Shown: positions 27,401 through 42,400 of the stretch, piece after piece
How the letters are laid out: every line of letters begins with the position of its first letter
Numbering within the stretch: the stretch's first letter is position 1
Assembly (NCBI RefSeq): GCF_009914755.1
Contig: NC_060941.1
From: the human T2T-CHM13v2.0 reference genome, Homo sapiens
Direction: 5' to 3' (one strand)
Length of the DNA: 64,000 nucleotides
Notes under the pieces: model-generated
The model's input: only the letters and a program-made list of their open reading frames with translations
Told to the model about the DNA's origin: nothing
Database searches by the model: none
Program-made: the position numbers and the translations under genes

Positions 27401-30400
27401 GGTGGAAAACGAATTATGGTCCCATAAAAACTGGAGAGAAGCATTGTCAGAAACTTCTTTGTGATGATTGCATTCAACTCACGGAGATGAAGGTTCCTTT
27501 ACAAACAGCAGTTTCCAAACACTCTTTCTGTGGAATCTGCAAGTGGATATTTGGACCTCTTTGAAGATTTCGTTGGAAACGGGAGAATCTTCACAGAAAA
27601 TCTAAACAGAAGCATTCTCAGAAACTTCTTTGTGATGCTTGCATTCAACTCACAGAGTTGAACTTTCCTTTCGAGAGAGAAGCTTTGAAACACTGTTTTT
27701 CCAGAATCTGCAAGTGGACATTTGGAGGGCTTTGAGGCCTGTGGTGGAAAAGGAATTAACTTCCCGTAAAAGCTAGATAGAAGCATTCTCAGAAACTACT
27801 TTGTGATGATTGCATTCAAGTCACAGAGTTGAACATTCCCTTTGACAGAGCAGTTTGGAAACTCTCTTTGTGTAGAATCTGCAAGTGGAGATATGGACCG
27901 CTTTGAGGCCTATGGTAGTAAAGGAAATAGCTTCATATAAAAGCTAGACAGTAGCATTCACAGAAAACTCTTGGTGACGACTGAGTTTAACTCACAGAGC
28001 TGAACATTCCTTTGGATGGAGCAGTTTCGAAACACACTATTTGTAGAATGTGCAAGTGGATATTTGGGCCTCTCTGAGGATTTCGTTGGAAACGGGATAA
28101 ACCGCACAGAACTAAACAGAAGCATTCTCAGAACCTTCTTCGTGATGTTTGCATTCAACTCACAGTGTTGAACCTTTCTTTGATAGTTCAGGTTTGAAAC
28201 GGTCTTTCTGTAGAAACTGCAAGTAGATATTTGGACCTCTCTGAGGATTTCGTTGGAAACGGGATAAACCGCACAGAACTAAAACAGAAGCATTCTCAGA
28301 ACCCTCTTCGTGATGTTTGCATTCAACTCACAGTGCTGAACCTTTCTTTGATAGTTCAGCTTTGAAACACTCTTCTTGTAGAAACTGCAAGTGGATATTT
28401 GGTCCTCTCTGAGGATTTCGTTGGAAACGGGATAAACCGCACAGAACTAAACAGAAGCATTCTCAGAACCTTGTTCGTGATGTCTGCATTCAATTCACAG
28501 TGTGGAACCTTTCTTTGATAGTTCAGGTTTGAAACACTCTTTTTGTAGAAACTGCAAGGGGATAATTGCACTTCTTTGAGGCCTACCGTAGTAAAGGAAA
28601 TAACTTCCTATAGAAAGAAGACAGAAGCTTTCTCAGAAAATTCTTTGGGATGATTGAGTGGAACTCACAGAGCTGAACATTCCTTGCGATGTAGCAGTTT
28701 AGAAACACACTTTCTGCAGAATCTGCAAGTGCATATTTGGACCTCTCCGAGGAATTCGTTGGAAACGGGATAATTTCAGCTGACTAAACAGAAGCAGTCT
28801 CAGAATCTTCTTTGTGATGTTTGCATTCAAATCCCAGAGTTGAACTTTCCTTTCAAAGTTCACGTTTGAAACACTCTTTTTGCAGGATCTACAAGTGGAT
28901 ATTTGGACCACTCTGTGTCCTTCGTTCGAAACGGGTATATCTTCACATGACATCTAGACAGAAGCATCCTCAGAAGCTTCTCTGTGATGACTGCATTCAA
29001 CTCACGGAGTTGAACACTCCTTTTGAGAGCGCAGTTTTGAAACTCTCTTTCTGTGGCATCTGCAAGGGGACATGTAGACCTCTTTGAAGATTTCGTTGGA
29101 AACGGAATCATCTTCACATAAAAACTATACAGATGCATTCTCAGGAACTTTTTGGTGATGTTTGTATTCAACTCCCAGAGTTGAACTTTCCTTTGGAAAG
29201 AGCAGCTATGAAACACTCTTTTTCTAGAATCTGCAAGTGGACGTTTGGAGGGCTTTGTGGTTTGTGGTGGAAAAGGAAATATCTTCACCTAAATACTAGA
29301 TAGAAGCATTCTCAGAAACTGCTTTGTGATGATTGCATTCACCTCACAGAGTTGAACATTCCTATTGATAGAGCAGTTTGGAAACACTCTTGTTGTGGAA
29401 TGTGCAAGTGGAGACTTGGAGCATTTTGAGGCCTATGGTAGTAAAGGGAATAGCTTCATAGAAAAACTAGACAGAAGCATTCTCAGAAAATACTTTGTGA
29501 TGATTGAGTTTAACTCACAGAGCTGAACATTCCTTTGGATGGAGCAGGTTTGAGACACACTTTTTGTAGAAACTACAAGTGGATATTTGGACCTCTCTGA
29601 GGATTTCGTTGGAAACGCGATAACTGCACCTAATTAAACGGAAGCATTCTCAGAAACTTCTTGGTGATGTTTGCATTCAAATCCCAGAGTTGAACCTTCC
29701 TTTGATAGTTCAGGTTTGAAACACTCTTTTTGTAGGATCTGCAAGTGGATATTTGGACCACTCTGTGGCCTTCGTTCGAAACGGGTACATCTTCCCATAA
29801 AATCTAGACAGAAGCCTTCTCAGAAACTTCTCTGTGATGATTGCATTCAACTCACAGATTTGAACCCTCCTATGGATAGAGCATTGTTGAAACTCTCTTT
29901 TTGTGGAATCTGCAAGTGGATATGTGGACCTCTCCGAAGATGTCTTTGGAAACGGGAATATCTTCACATAAAAACTAAACAGAAGCATTCTCAGAAACTT
30001 CTCTGTGATGTTTGTGTTCAACTCCCAGAGTTTCACATTGCTTTTCATAGAGTAGTTCTGAAACATGCTTTTCGTAGTGTCTGCAAGTGGACATTTGGAG
30101 CGCTTTCAGGCCTGTGGTGGAAAACGAATTATGGTCCCATAAAAACTGGAGAGAAGCATTGTCAGAAACTTCTTTGTGATGATTGCATTCAACTCACGGA
30201 GATGAAGGTTCCTTTACAAACAGCAGTTTCCAAACACTCTTTCTGTGGAATCTGCAAGTGGATATTTGGACCTCTTTGAAGATTTCGTTGGAAACGGGAG
30301 AATCTTCACAGAAAAGCTAAACAGAAGCATTCTCAGAAACTTCTTTGTGATGCTTGCATTCAACTCACAGAGTTGAACTTTCCTTTCGAGAGAGAAGCTT

Positions 30401-33400
30401 TGAAACACTCTTTTTCCAGAATCTGCAAGTGGACATTTGGAGGGCTTTGAGGCCTGTGGTGGAAAAGGAATTAACTTCCCGTAAAAGCTAGATAGAAGCA
30501 TTCTCAGAAACTACTTTGTGATGATTGCATTCAAGTCACAGAGTTGAACATTCCCTTTGACAGAGCAGTTTGGAAACTCTCTTTGTGTAGAATCTGCAAG
30601 TGGAGATATGGACCGCTTTGAGGCCTATGGTAGTAAAGGAAATAGCTTCATATAAAAGCTAGACAGTAGCATTCACAGAAAACTCTTGGTGACGACTGAG
30701 TTTAACTCACAGAGCTGAACATTCCTTTGGATGGAGCAGTTTCGAAACACACTATTTGTAGAATGTGCAAGTGGATATTTGGGCCTCTCTGAGGATTTCG
30801 TTGGAAACGGGATAAACCGCACAGAACTAAACAGAAGCATTCTCAGAACCTTCTTCGTGATGTTTGCATTCAACTCACAGTGTTGAACCTTTCTTTGATA
30901 GTTCAGGTTTGAAACGGTCTTTCTGTAGAAACTGCAAGTAGATATTTGGACCTCTCTGAGGATTTCGTTGGAAACGGGATAACCCGCACAGAACTAAAAC
31001 AGAAGCATTCTCAGAACCCTCTTCGTGATGTTTGCATTCAACACACAGTGCTGAACCTTTCTTTGATAGTTCAGCTTTGAAACACTCTTCTTGTAGAAAC
31101 TGCAAGTGGATATTTGGTCCTCTCTGAGGATTTCGTTGGAAACGGGATAAACCGCACAGAACTAAACAGAAGCATTCTCAGAACCTTCTTCGTGATGTCT
31201 GCATTCAACTCACAGTGTGGAACCTTTCTTTGATAGTTCAGGTTTGAAACACTCTTTTTGTAGAAACTGCAAGGGGATAATTGCACTTCTTTGAGGCCTA
31301 CCGTAGTAAAGGAAATAACTTCCTATAGAAAGAAGACAGAAGCTTTCTCAGAAAATTCTTTGGGATGATTGAGTGGAACTCACAGAGCTGAACATTCCTT
31401 GCGATGTAGCAGTTTAGAAACACACTTTCTGCAGAATCTGCAAGTGCATATTTGGACCTCTCTGAGGAATTCGTTGGAAACGGGATAATTTCAGCTGACT
31501 AAACAGAAGCAGTCTCAGAATCTTCTTTGTGATGTTTGCATTCAAATCCCAGAGTTGAACTTTCCTTTCAAAGTTCACGTTTGAAACACTCTTTTTGCAG
31601 GATCTACAAGTGGATATTTGGACCACTCTGTGTCCTTCGTTCGAAACGGGTATATCTTCACATGACATCTAGACAGAAGCATTCTCAGAAGCTTCTCTGT
31701 GATGACTGCATTCAACTCACGGAGTTGAACACTCCTTTTGAGAGCGCAGTTTTGAAACTCTCTTTCTGTGGCATCTGCAAGGGGACATGTAGACCTCTTT
31801 GAAGATTTCGTTGGAAACGGAATCATCTTCACATAAAAACTATACAGATGCATTCTCAGGAACTTTTTGGTGATGTTTGTATTCAACTCCCAGAGTTGAA
31901 CTTTCCTTTGGAAAGAGCAGCTATGAAACACTCTTTTTCTAGAATCTGCAAGTGGACGTTTGGAGGGCTTTGTGGTTTGTGGTGGAAAAGGAAATATCTT
32001 CACCTAAATACTAGATAGAAGCATTCTCAGAAACTGCTTTGTGATGATTGCATTCACCTCACAGAGTTGAACATTCCTATTGATAGAGCAGTTTGGAAAC
32101 ACTCTTGTTGTGGAATGTGCAAGTGGAGATTTGGAGCGCTTTGAGGCCTATGGTAGTAAAGGGAATAGCTTCATAGAAAAACTAGACAGAAGCATTCTCA
32201 GAAAATACTTTGTGATGATTGAGTTTAACTCACAGAGCTGAACATTCCTTTGGATGGAGCAGGTTTGAGACACACTTTTTGTAGAATCTACAAGTGGATA
32301 TTTGGACCTCTCTGAGGATTTCGTTGGAAACGGGATAACTGCACCTAACTAAACGGAAGCATTCTCAGAAACTTCTTGGTGATGTTTGCATTCAAATCCC
32401 AGAGTTGAACCTTCCTGTGATAGTTCAGGTTTGAAACACTCTTTTTGTAGGATCTGCAAGTGGATATTTGGACCACTCTGTGGCCTTCGTTCGAAACGGG
32501 TACATCTTCACATAAAATCTAGACAGAAGCCTTCTCAGAAACTTCTCTGTGATGATTGCATTCAACTCACAGAGTTGAACCCTCCTATGGATAGAGCATT
32601 GTTGAAACTCTCTTTTTGTGGAATCTGCAAGTGGATATGTGGACCTCTCCGAAGATGTCTTTGGAAACGGGAATATCTTCACATAAAAACTAAACAGAAG
32701 CATTCTCAGAAACTTCTCTGTGATGTTTGTGTTCAACTCCCAGAGTTTCACATTGCTTTTCATAGAGTAGTTCTGAAACATGCTTTTCGTAGTGTCTGCA
32801 AGTGGACATTTGGAGCGCTTTCAGGCCTGTGGTGGAAAACGAATTATGGTCCCATAAAAACTGGAGAGAAGCATTGTCAGAAACTTCTTTGTGATGATTG
32901 CATTCAACTCATAGAGATGAAGGTTCCTTTACAAACAGCAGTTTCCAAACACTCTTTCTGTGGAATCTGCAAGTGGATATTTGGACCTCTTTGAAGATTT
33001 CGTTGGAAACGGGAGAATCTTCACAGAAAAGCTAAACAGAAGCATTCTCAGAAACTTCTTTGTGATGCTTGCATTCAACTCACAGAGTTGAACTTTCCTT
33101 TCGAGAGAGAAGCTTTGAAACACTCTTTTTCCAGAATCTGCAAGTGGACATTTGGAGGGCTTTGAGGCCTGTGGTGGAAAAGGAATTAACTTCCCGTAAA
33201 AGCTAGATAGAAGCATTCTCAGAAACTACTTTGTGATGATTGCATTCAAGTCACAGAGTTGAACATTCCCTTTGACAGAGCAGTTTGGAAACTCTCTTTG
33301 TGTAGAATCTGCAAGTGGAGATATGGACCGCTTTGAGGCCTATGGTAGTAAAGGAAATAGCTTCATATAAAAGCTAGACAGTAGCATTCACAGAAAACTC

Positions 33401-36400
33401 TTGGTGACGACTGAGTTTAACTCACAGAGCTGAACATTCCTTTGGATGGAGCAGTTTCGAAACACACTATTTGTAGAATGTGCAAGTGGATATTTGGGCC
33501 TCTCTGAGGATTTCGTTGGAAACGGGATAAACCGCACAGAACTAAACAGAAGCATTCTCAGAACCTACTTCGTGATGTTTGCATTCAACTCACAGTGTTG
33601 AACCTTTCTTTGATAGTTCAGGTTTGAAACGGTCTTTCTGTAGAAACTGCAAGTAGATATTTGGACCTCTCTGAGGATTTCGTTGGAAACGGGATAAACC
33701 GCACAGAACTAAAACAGAAGCATTCTCAGAACCCTCTTCGTGATGTTTGCATTCAACTCACAGTGCTGAACCTTTCTTTGATAGTTCAGCTTTGAAACAC
33801 TCTTCTTGTAGAAACTGCAAGTGGATATTTGGTCCTCTCTGAGGATTTCGTTGGAAACGGGATAAACCGCACAGAACTAAACAGAAGCATTCTCAGAACC
33901 TTCTTCGTGATGTCTGCATTCAACTCACAGTGTGGAACCTTTCTTTGATAGTTCAGGTTTGAAACACTCTTTTTGTAGAAACTGCAAGGGGATAATTGCA
34001 CTTCTTTGAGGCCTACCGTAGTAAAGGAAATAACTTCCTATAGAAAGAAGACAGAAGCTTTCTCAGAAAATTCTTTGGGATGATTGAGTGGAACTCACAG
34101 AGCTGAACATTCCTTGCGATGTAGCAGTTTAGAAACACACTTTCTGCAGAATCTGCAAGTGCATATTTGGACCTCTCCGAGGAATTCGTTGGAAACGGGA
34201 TAATTTCAGCTGACTAAACAGAAGCAGTCTCAGAATCTTCTTTGTGATGTTTGCATTCAAATCCCAGAGTTGAACTTTCCTTTCAAAGTTCACGTTTGAA
34301 ACACTCTTTTTGCAGGATCTACAAGTGGATATTTGGACCACTCTGTGTCCTTCGTTCGAAACGGGTATATCTTCACATGACATCTAGACAGAAGCATTCT
34401 CAGAAGCTTCTCTGTGATGACTGCATTCAACTCACGGAGTTGAACACTCCTTTTGAGAGCGCAGTTTTGAAACTCTCTTTCTGTGGCTTCTGCAAGGGGA
34501 CATGTAGACCTCTTTGAAGATTTCGTTGGAAACGGAATCATCTTCACATAAAAACTATACAGATGCATTCTCAGGAACTTTTTGGTGATGTTTGTATTCA
34601 ACTCCCAGAGTTGAACTTTCCTTTGGAAAGAGCAGCTATGAAACACTCTTTTTCTAGAATCTGCAAGTGGACGTTTGGAGGGCTTTGTGGTTTGTGGTGG
34701 AAAAGGAAATATCTTCACCTAAATACTAGATAGAAGCATTCTCAGAAACTGCTTTGTGATGATTGCATTCACCTCCCAGAGTTGAACATTCCTATTGATA
34801 GAGCAGTTTGGAAACACTCTTGTTGTGGAATGTGCAACTGGAGACTTGGAGCGTTTTGAGGCCTATGGTAGTAAAGGGAATAGCTTCATAGAAAAACTAG
34901 ACAGAAGCATTCTCAGAAAATACTTTGTGATGATTGAGTTTAACTCACAGAGCTGAACATTCCTTTGGATGGAGCAGGTTTGAGACACACTTTTTGTAGA
35001 AACTACAAGTGGATATTTGGACCTCTCTGAGGATTTCGTTGGAAACGCGATAACTGCACCTAATTAAACGGAAGCATTCTCAGAAACTTCTTGGTGATGT
35101 TTGCATTCAAATCCCAGAGTTGAACCTTCCTTTGATAGTTCAGATTTGAAACACTCTTTTTGTAGGATCTGCAAGTGGATATTTGGACCACTCTGTGGCC
35201 TTCGTTCGAAACGGGTACATCTTCGCATAAAATCTAGACAGAAGCCTTCTCAGAAACTTCTCTGTGATGATTGCATTCAACTCACAGAGTTGAACCCTCC
35301 TATGGATAGAGCATTGTTGAAACTCTCTTTTTGTGGAATCTGCAAGTGGATATGTGGACCTCTCCGAAGATGTCTTTGGAAACGGGAATATCTTCACATA
35401 AAAACTAAACAGAAGCATTCTCAGAAACTTCTCTGTGATGTTTGTGTTCAACTCCCAGAGTTTCACATTGCTTTTCATAGAGTAGTTCTGAAACATGCTT
35501 TTCGTAGTGTCTGCAAGTGGACATTTGGAGCGCTTTCAGGCCTGTGGTGGAAAACGAATTATGGTCCCATAAAAACTGGAGAGAAGCATTGTCAGAAACT
35601 TCTTTGTGATGATTGCATTCAACTCACAGAGATGAAGGTTCCTTTACAAACAGCAGTTTCCAAACACTCTTTCTGTGGAATCTGCAAGTGGATATTTGGA
35701 CCTCATTGAAGATTTCATTGGAAACGGGAGAATCTTCACAGAAAAGCTAAACAGAAGCATTCTCAGAAACTTCTTTGTGATGCTTGCATTCAACTCACAG
35801 AGTTGAACTTTCCTTTCGAGAGAGAAGCTTTGAAACACTCTTTTTCCAGAATCTGCAAGTGGACATTTGGAGGGCTTTGAGGCCTGTGGTGGAAAAGGAA
35901 TTAACTTCCCGTAAAAGCTAGATAGAAGCATTCTCAGAAACTACTTTGTGATGATTGCATTCAAGTCACAGAGTTGAACATTCCCTTTGACAGAGCAGTT
36001 TGGAAACTCTCTTTGTGTAGAATCTGCAAGTGGAGATATGGACCGCTTTGAGGCCTATGGTAGTAAAGGAAATAGCTTCATATAAAAGCTAGACAGTAGC
36101 ATTCACAGAAAACTCTTGGTGACGACTGAGTTTAACTCACAGAGCTGAACATTCCTTTGGATGGAGCAGTTTCGAAACACACTATTTGTAGAATGTGCAA
36201 GTGGATATTTGGGCCTCTCTGAGGATTTCGTTGGAAACGGGATAAACCGCACAGAACTAAACAGAAGCATTCTCAGAACCTTCTTCGTGATGTTTGCATT
36301 CAACTCACAGTGTTGAACCTTTCTTTGATAGTTCAGGTTTGAAACGGTCTTTCTGTAGAAACTGCAAGTAGATATTTGGACCTCTCTGAGGATTTCGTTG

Positions 36401-39400
36401 GAAACGGGATAAACCGCACAGAACTAAAACAGAAGCATTCTCAGAACCCTCTTCGTGATGTTTGCATTCAACTCACAGTGCTGAACCTTTCTTTGATAGT
36501 TCAGCTTTGAAACACTCTTCTTGTAGAAACTGCAAGTGGATATTTGGTCCTCTCTGAGGATTTCGTTGGAAACGGGATAAACCGCACAGAACTAAACAGA
36601 AGCATTCTCAGAACCTTCTTCGTGATGTCTGCATTCAACTCACAGTGTGGAACCTTTCTTTGATAGTTCAGGTTTGAAACACTCTTTTTGTAGAAACTGC
36701 AAGGGGATAATTGCACTTCTTTGAGGCCTACCGTAGTAAAGGAAATAACTTCCTATAGAAAGAAGACAGAAGCTTTCTCAGAAAATTCTTTGGGATGATT
36801 GAGTGGAACTCACAGAGCTGTACATTCCTTGCGATGTAGCAGTTTAGAAACACACTTTCTGCAGAATCTGCAAGTGCATATTTGGACCTCTCTGAGGAAT
36901 TCGTTGGAAACGGGATAATTTCAGCTGACTAAACAGAAGCAGTCTCAGAATCTTCTTTGTGATGTTTGCATTCAAATCCCAGAGTTGAACTTTCCTTTCA
37001 AAGTTCACGTTTGAAACACTCTTTTTGCAGGATCTACAAGTGGATATTTGGACCACTCTGTGTCCTTCGTTCGAAACGGGTATATCTTCACATGACATCT
37101 AGACAGAAGCATTCTCAGAAGCTTCTCTGTGATGACTGCATTCAACTCACGGAGTTGAACACTCCTTTTGAGAGCGCAGTTTTGAAACTCTCTTTCTGTG
37201 GCATCTGCAAGGGGACATGTAGACCTCTTTGAAGATTTTGTTGGAAACGGAATCATCTTCACATAAAAACTATACAGATGCATTCTCAGGAACTTTTTGG
37301 TGATGTTTGTATTCAACTCCCAGAGTTGAACTTTCCTTTGGAAAGAGCAGCTATGAAACACTCTTTTTCTAGAATCTGCAAGTGGACGTTTGGAGGGCTT
37401 TGTGGTTTGTGGTGGAAAAGGAAATATCTTCACCTAAATACTAGATAGAAGCATTCTCAGAAACTGCTTTGTGATGATTGCATTCACCTCACAGAGTTGA
37501 ACATTCCTATTGATAGAGCAGTTTGGAAACACTCTTGTTGTGGAATGTGCAAGTGGAGACTTGGAGCGTTTTGAGGCCTATGGTAGTAAAGGGAATAGCT
37601 TCATAGAAAAACTAGACAGAAGCATTCTCAGAAAATACTTTGTGATGATTGAGTTTAACTCACAGAGCTGAACATTCCTTTGGATGGAGCAGGTTTGAGA
37701 CACACTTTTTGTAGAATCTACAAGTGGATATTTGGACCTCTCTGAGGATTTCGTTGGAAACGCGATAACTGCACCTAATTAAACGGAAGCATTCTCAGAA
37801 ACTTCTTGGTGATGTTTGCATTCAAATCCCAGAGTTGAGCCTTCCTTTGATAGTTCAGGTTTGAAACACACTTTTTGTAGGATCTGCAAGTGGATATTTG
37901 GACCACTCTGTGGCCTTCGTTCAAAACGGGTACATCTTCGCATAAAATCTAGACAGAAGCCTTCTCAGAAACTTCTCTGTGATGATTGCATTCAACTCAC
38001 AGAGTTGAACCCTCCTATGGATAGAGCATTGTTGAAACTCTCTTTTTGTGGAATCTGCAAGTGGATATGTGGACCTCTCCGAAGATGTCTTTGGAAACGG
38101 GAATATCTTCACATAAAAACTAAACAGAAGCATTCTCAGAAACTTCTCTGTGATGTTTGTGTTCAACTCCCAGAGTTTCACATTGCTTTTCATAGAGTAG
38201 TTCTGAAACATGCTTTTCGTAGTGTCTGCAAGTGGACATTTGGAGCGCTTTCAGGCCTGTGGTGGAAAACGAATTATGGTCCCATAAAAACTGGAGAGAA
38301 GCATTGTCAGAAACTTCTTTGTGATGATTGCATTCAACTCACGGAGATGAAGGTTCCTTTACAAACAGCAGTTTCCAAACACTCTTTCTGTGGAATCTGC
38401 AAGTGGATATTTGGACCTCTTTGAAGATTTCGTTGGAAACGGGAGAATCTTCACAGAAAAGCTAAACAGAAGCATTCTCAGAAACTTCTTTGTGATGCTT
38501 GCATTCAACTCACAGAGTTGAACTTTCCTTTCGAGAGAGAAGCTTTGAAACACTCTTTTTCCAGAATCTGCAAGTGGACATTTGGAGGGCTTTGAGGCCT
38601 GTGGTGGAAAAGGAATTAACTTCCCGTAAAAGCTAGATAGAAGCATTCTCAGAAACTACTTTGTGATGATTGCATTCAAGTCACAGAGTTGAACATTCCC
38701 TTTGACAGAGCAGTTTGGAAACTCTCTTTGTGTAGAATCTGCAAGTGGAGATATGGACCGCTTTGAGGCCTATGGTAGTAAAGGAAATAGCTTCATATAA
38801 AAGCTAGACAGTAGCATTCACAGAAAACTCTTGGTGACGACTGAGTTTAACTCACAGAGCTGAACATTCCTTTGGATGGAGCAGTTTCGAAACACACTAT
38901 TTGTAGAATGTGCAAGTGGATATTTGGGCCTCTCTGAGGATTTCGTTGGAAACGGGATAAACCGCACAGAACTAAACAGAAGCATTCTCAGAACCTTCTT
39001 CGTGATGTTTGCATTCAACTCACAGTGTTGAACCTTTCTTTGATAGTTCAGGTTTGAAACGGTCTTTCTGTAGAAACTGCAAGTAGATATTTGGACCTCT
39101 CTGAGGATTTCGTTGGAAACGGGATAACCCGCACAGAACTAAAACAGAAGCATTCTCAGAACCCTCTTCGTGATGTTTGCATTCAACACACAGTGCTGAA
39201 CCTTTCTTTGATAGTTCAGCTTTGAAACACTCTTCTTGTAGAAACTGCAAGTGGATATTTGGTCCTCTCTGAGGATTTCGTTGGAAACGGGATAAACCGC
39301 ACAGAACTAAACAGAAGCATTCTCAGAACCTTCTTCGTGATGTCTGCATTCAACTCACAGTGTGGAACCTTTCTTTGATAGTTCAGGTTTGAAACACTCT

Positions 39401-42400
39401 TTTTGTAGAAACTGCAAGGGGATAATTGCACTTCTTTGAGGCCTACCGTAGTAAAGGAAATAACTTCCTATAGAAAGAAGACAGAAGCTTTCTCAGAAAA
39501 TTCTTTGGGATGATTGAGTGGAACTCACAGAGCTGAACATTCCTTGCGATGTAGCAGTTTAGAAACACACTTTCTGCAGAATCTGCAAGTGCATATTTGG
39601 ACCTCTCCGAGGAATTCGTTGGAAACGGGATAATTTCAGCTGACTAAACAGAAGCAGTCTCAGAATCTTCTTTGTGATGTTTGCATTCAAATCCCAGAGT
39701 TGAACTTTCCTTTCAAAGTTCACGTTTGAAACACTCTTTTTGCAGGATCTACAAGTGGATATTTGGACCACTCTGTGTCCTTCGTTCGAAACGGGTATAT
39801 CTTCACATGACATCTAGACAGAAGCATTCTCAGAAGCTTCTCTGTGATGACTGCATTCAACTCACGGAGTTGAACACTCCTTTTGAGAGCGCAGTTTTGA
39901 AACTCTCTTTCTGTGGCATCTGCAAGGGGACATGTAGACCTCTTTGAAGATTTCGTTGGAAACGGAATCATCTTCACATAAAAACTATACAGATGCATTC
40001 TCAGGAACTTTTTGGTGATGTTTGTATTCAACTCCCAGAGTTGAACTTTCCTTTGGAAAGAGCAGCTATGAAACACTCTTTTTCTAGAATCTGCAAGTGG
40101 ACGTTTGGAGGGCTTTGTGGTTTGTGGTGGAAAAGGAAATATCTTCACCTAAATACTAGATAGAAGCATTCTCAGAAACTGCTTTGTGATGATTGCATTC
40201 ACCTCACAGAGTTGAACATTCCTATTGATAGAGCAGTTTGGAAACACTCTTGTTGTGGAATGTGCAAGTGGAGATTTGGAGCGCTTTGAGGCCTATGGTA
40301 GTAAAGGGAATAGCTTCATAGAAAAACTAGACAGAAGCATTCTCAGAAAATACTTTGTGATGATTGAGTTTAACTCACAGAGCTGAACATTCCTTTGGAT
40401 GGAGCAGGTTTGAGACACACTTTTTGTAGAATCTACAAGTGGATATTTGGACCTCTCTGAGGATTTCGTTGGAAACGGGATAACTGCACCTAACTAAACG
40501 GAAGCATTCTCAGAAACTTCTTGGTGATGTTTGCATTCAAATCCCAGAGTTGAACCTTCCTGTGATAGTTCAGGTTTGAAACACTCTTTTTGTAGGATCT
40601 GCAAGTGGATATTTGGACCACTCTGTGGCCTTCGTTCGAAACGGGTACATCTTCACATAAAATCTAGACAGAAGCCTTCTCAGAAACTTCTCTGTGATGA
40701 TTGCATTCAACTCACAGATTTGAACCCTCCTATGGATAGAGCATTCTTGAAACTCTCTTTTTGTGGAATCTGCAAGTGGATATGTGGACCTCTCCGAAGA
40801 TGTCTTTGGAAACGGGAATATCTTCACATAAAAACTAAACAGAAGCATTCTCAGAAACTTCTCTGTGATGTTTGTGTTCAACTCCCAGAGTTTCACATTG
40901 CTTCTCATAGAGTAGTTCTGAAACATGCTTTTCGTAGTGTCTGCAAGTGGACATTTGGAGCGCTTTCAGGCCTGTGGTGGAAAACGAATTATGGTCCCAT
41001 AAAAACTGGAGAGAAGCATTGTCAGAAACTTCTTTGTGATGATTGCATTCAACTCACAGAGATGAAGGTTCCTTTACAAACAGCAGTTTCCAAACACTCT
41101 TTCTGTGGAATCTGCAAGTGGATATTTGGACCTCTTTGAAGATTTCGTTGGAAACGGGAGAATCTTCACAGAAAATCTAAACAGAAGCATTCTCAGAAAC
41201 TTCTTTGTGATGCTTGCATTCAACTCACAGAGTTGAACTTTCCTTTCGAGAGAGAAGCTTTGAAACACTCTTTTTCCAGAATCTGCAAGTGGACATTTGG
41301 AGGGCTTTGAGGCCTGTGGTGGAAAAGGAATTAACTTCCCGTAAAAGCTAGATAGAAGCATTCTCAGAAACTACTTTGTGATGATTGCATTCAAGTCACA
41401 GAGTTGAACATTCCCTTTGACAGAGCAGTTTGGAAACTCTCTTTGTGTAGAATCTGCAAGTGGAGATATGGACCGCTTTGAGGCCTATGGTAGTAAAGGA
41501 AATAGCTTCATATAAAAGCTAGACAGTAGCATTCACAGAAAACTCTTGGTGACGACTGAGTTTAACTCACAGAGCTGAACATTCCTTTGGATGGAGCAGT
41601 TTCGAAACACACTATTTGTAGAATGTGCAAGTGGATATTTGGGCCTCTCTGAGGATTTCGTTGGAAACGGGATAAACCGCACAGAACTAAACAGAAGCAT
41701 TCTCAGAACCTACTTCGTGATGTTTGCATTCAACTCACAGTGTTGAACCTTTCTTTGATAGTTCAGGTTTGAAACGGTCTTTCTGTAGAAACTGCAAGTA
41801 GATATTTGGACCTCTCTGAGGATTTCGTTGGAAAAGGGATAAACCGCTCAGAACTAAAACAGAAGCATTCTCAGAACCCTCTTCGTGATGTTTGCATTCA
41901 ACTCACAGTGCTGAACCTTTCTTTGATAGTTCAGCTTTGAAACACTCTTCTTGTAGAAACTGCAAGTGGATATTTGGTCCTCTCTGAGGATTTCGTTGGA
42001 AACGGGATAAACCGCACAGAACTAAACAGAAGCATTCTCAGAACCTTCTTCGTGATGTCTGCATTCAACTCACAGTGTGGAACCTTTCTTTGATAGTTCA
42101 GGTTTGAAACACTCTTTTTGTAGAAACTGCAAGGGGATAATTGCACTTCTTTGAGGCCTACCGTAGTAAAGGAAATAACTTCCTATAGAAAGAAGACAGA
42201 AGCTTTCTCAGAAAATTCTTTGGGATGATTGAGTGGAACTCACAGAGCTGAACATTCCTTGCGATGTAGCAGTTTAGAAACACACTTTCTGCAGAATCTG
42301 CAAGTGCATATTTGGACCTCTCCGAGGAATTCGTTGGAAACGGGATAATTTCAGCTGACTAAACAGAAGCAGTCTCAGAATCTTCTTTGTGATGTTTGCA

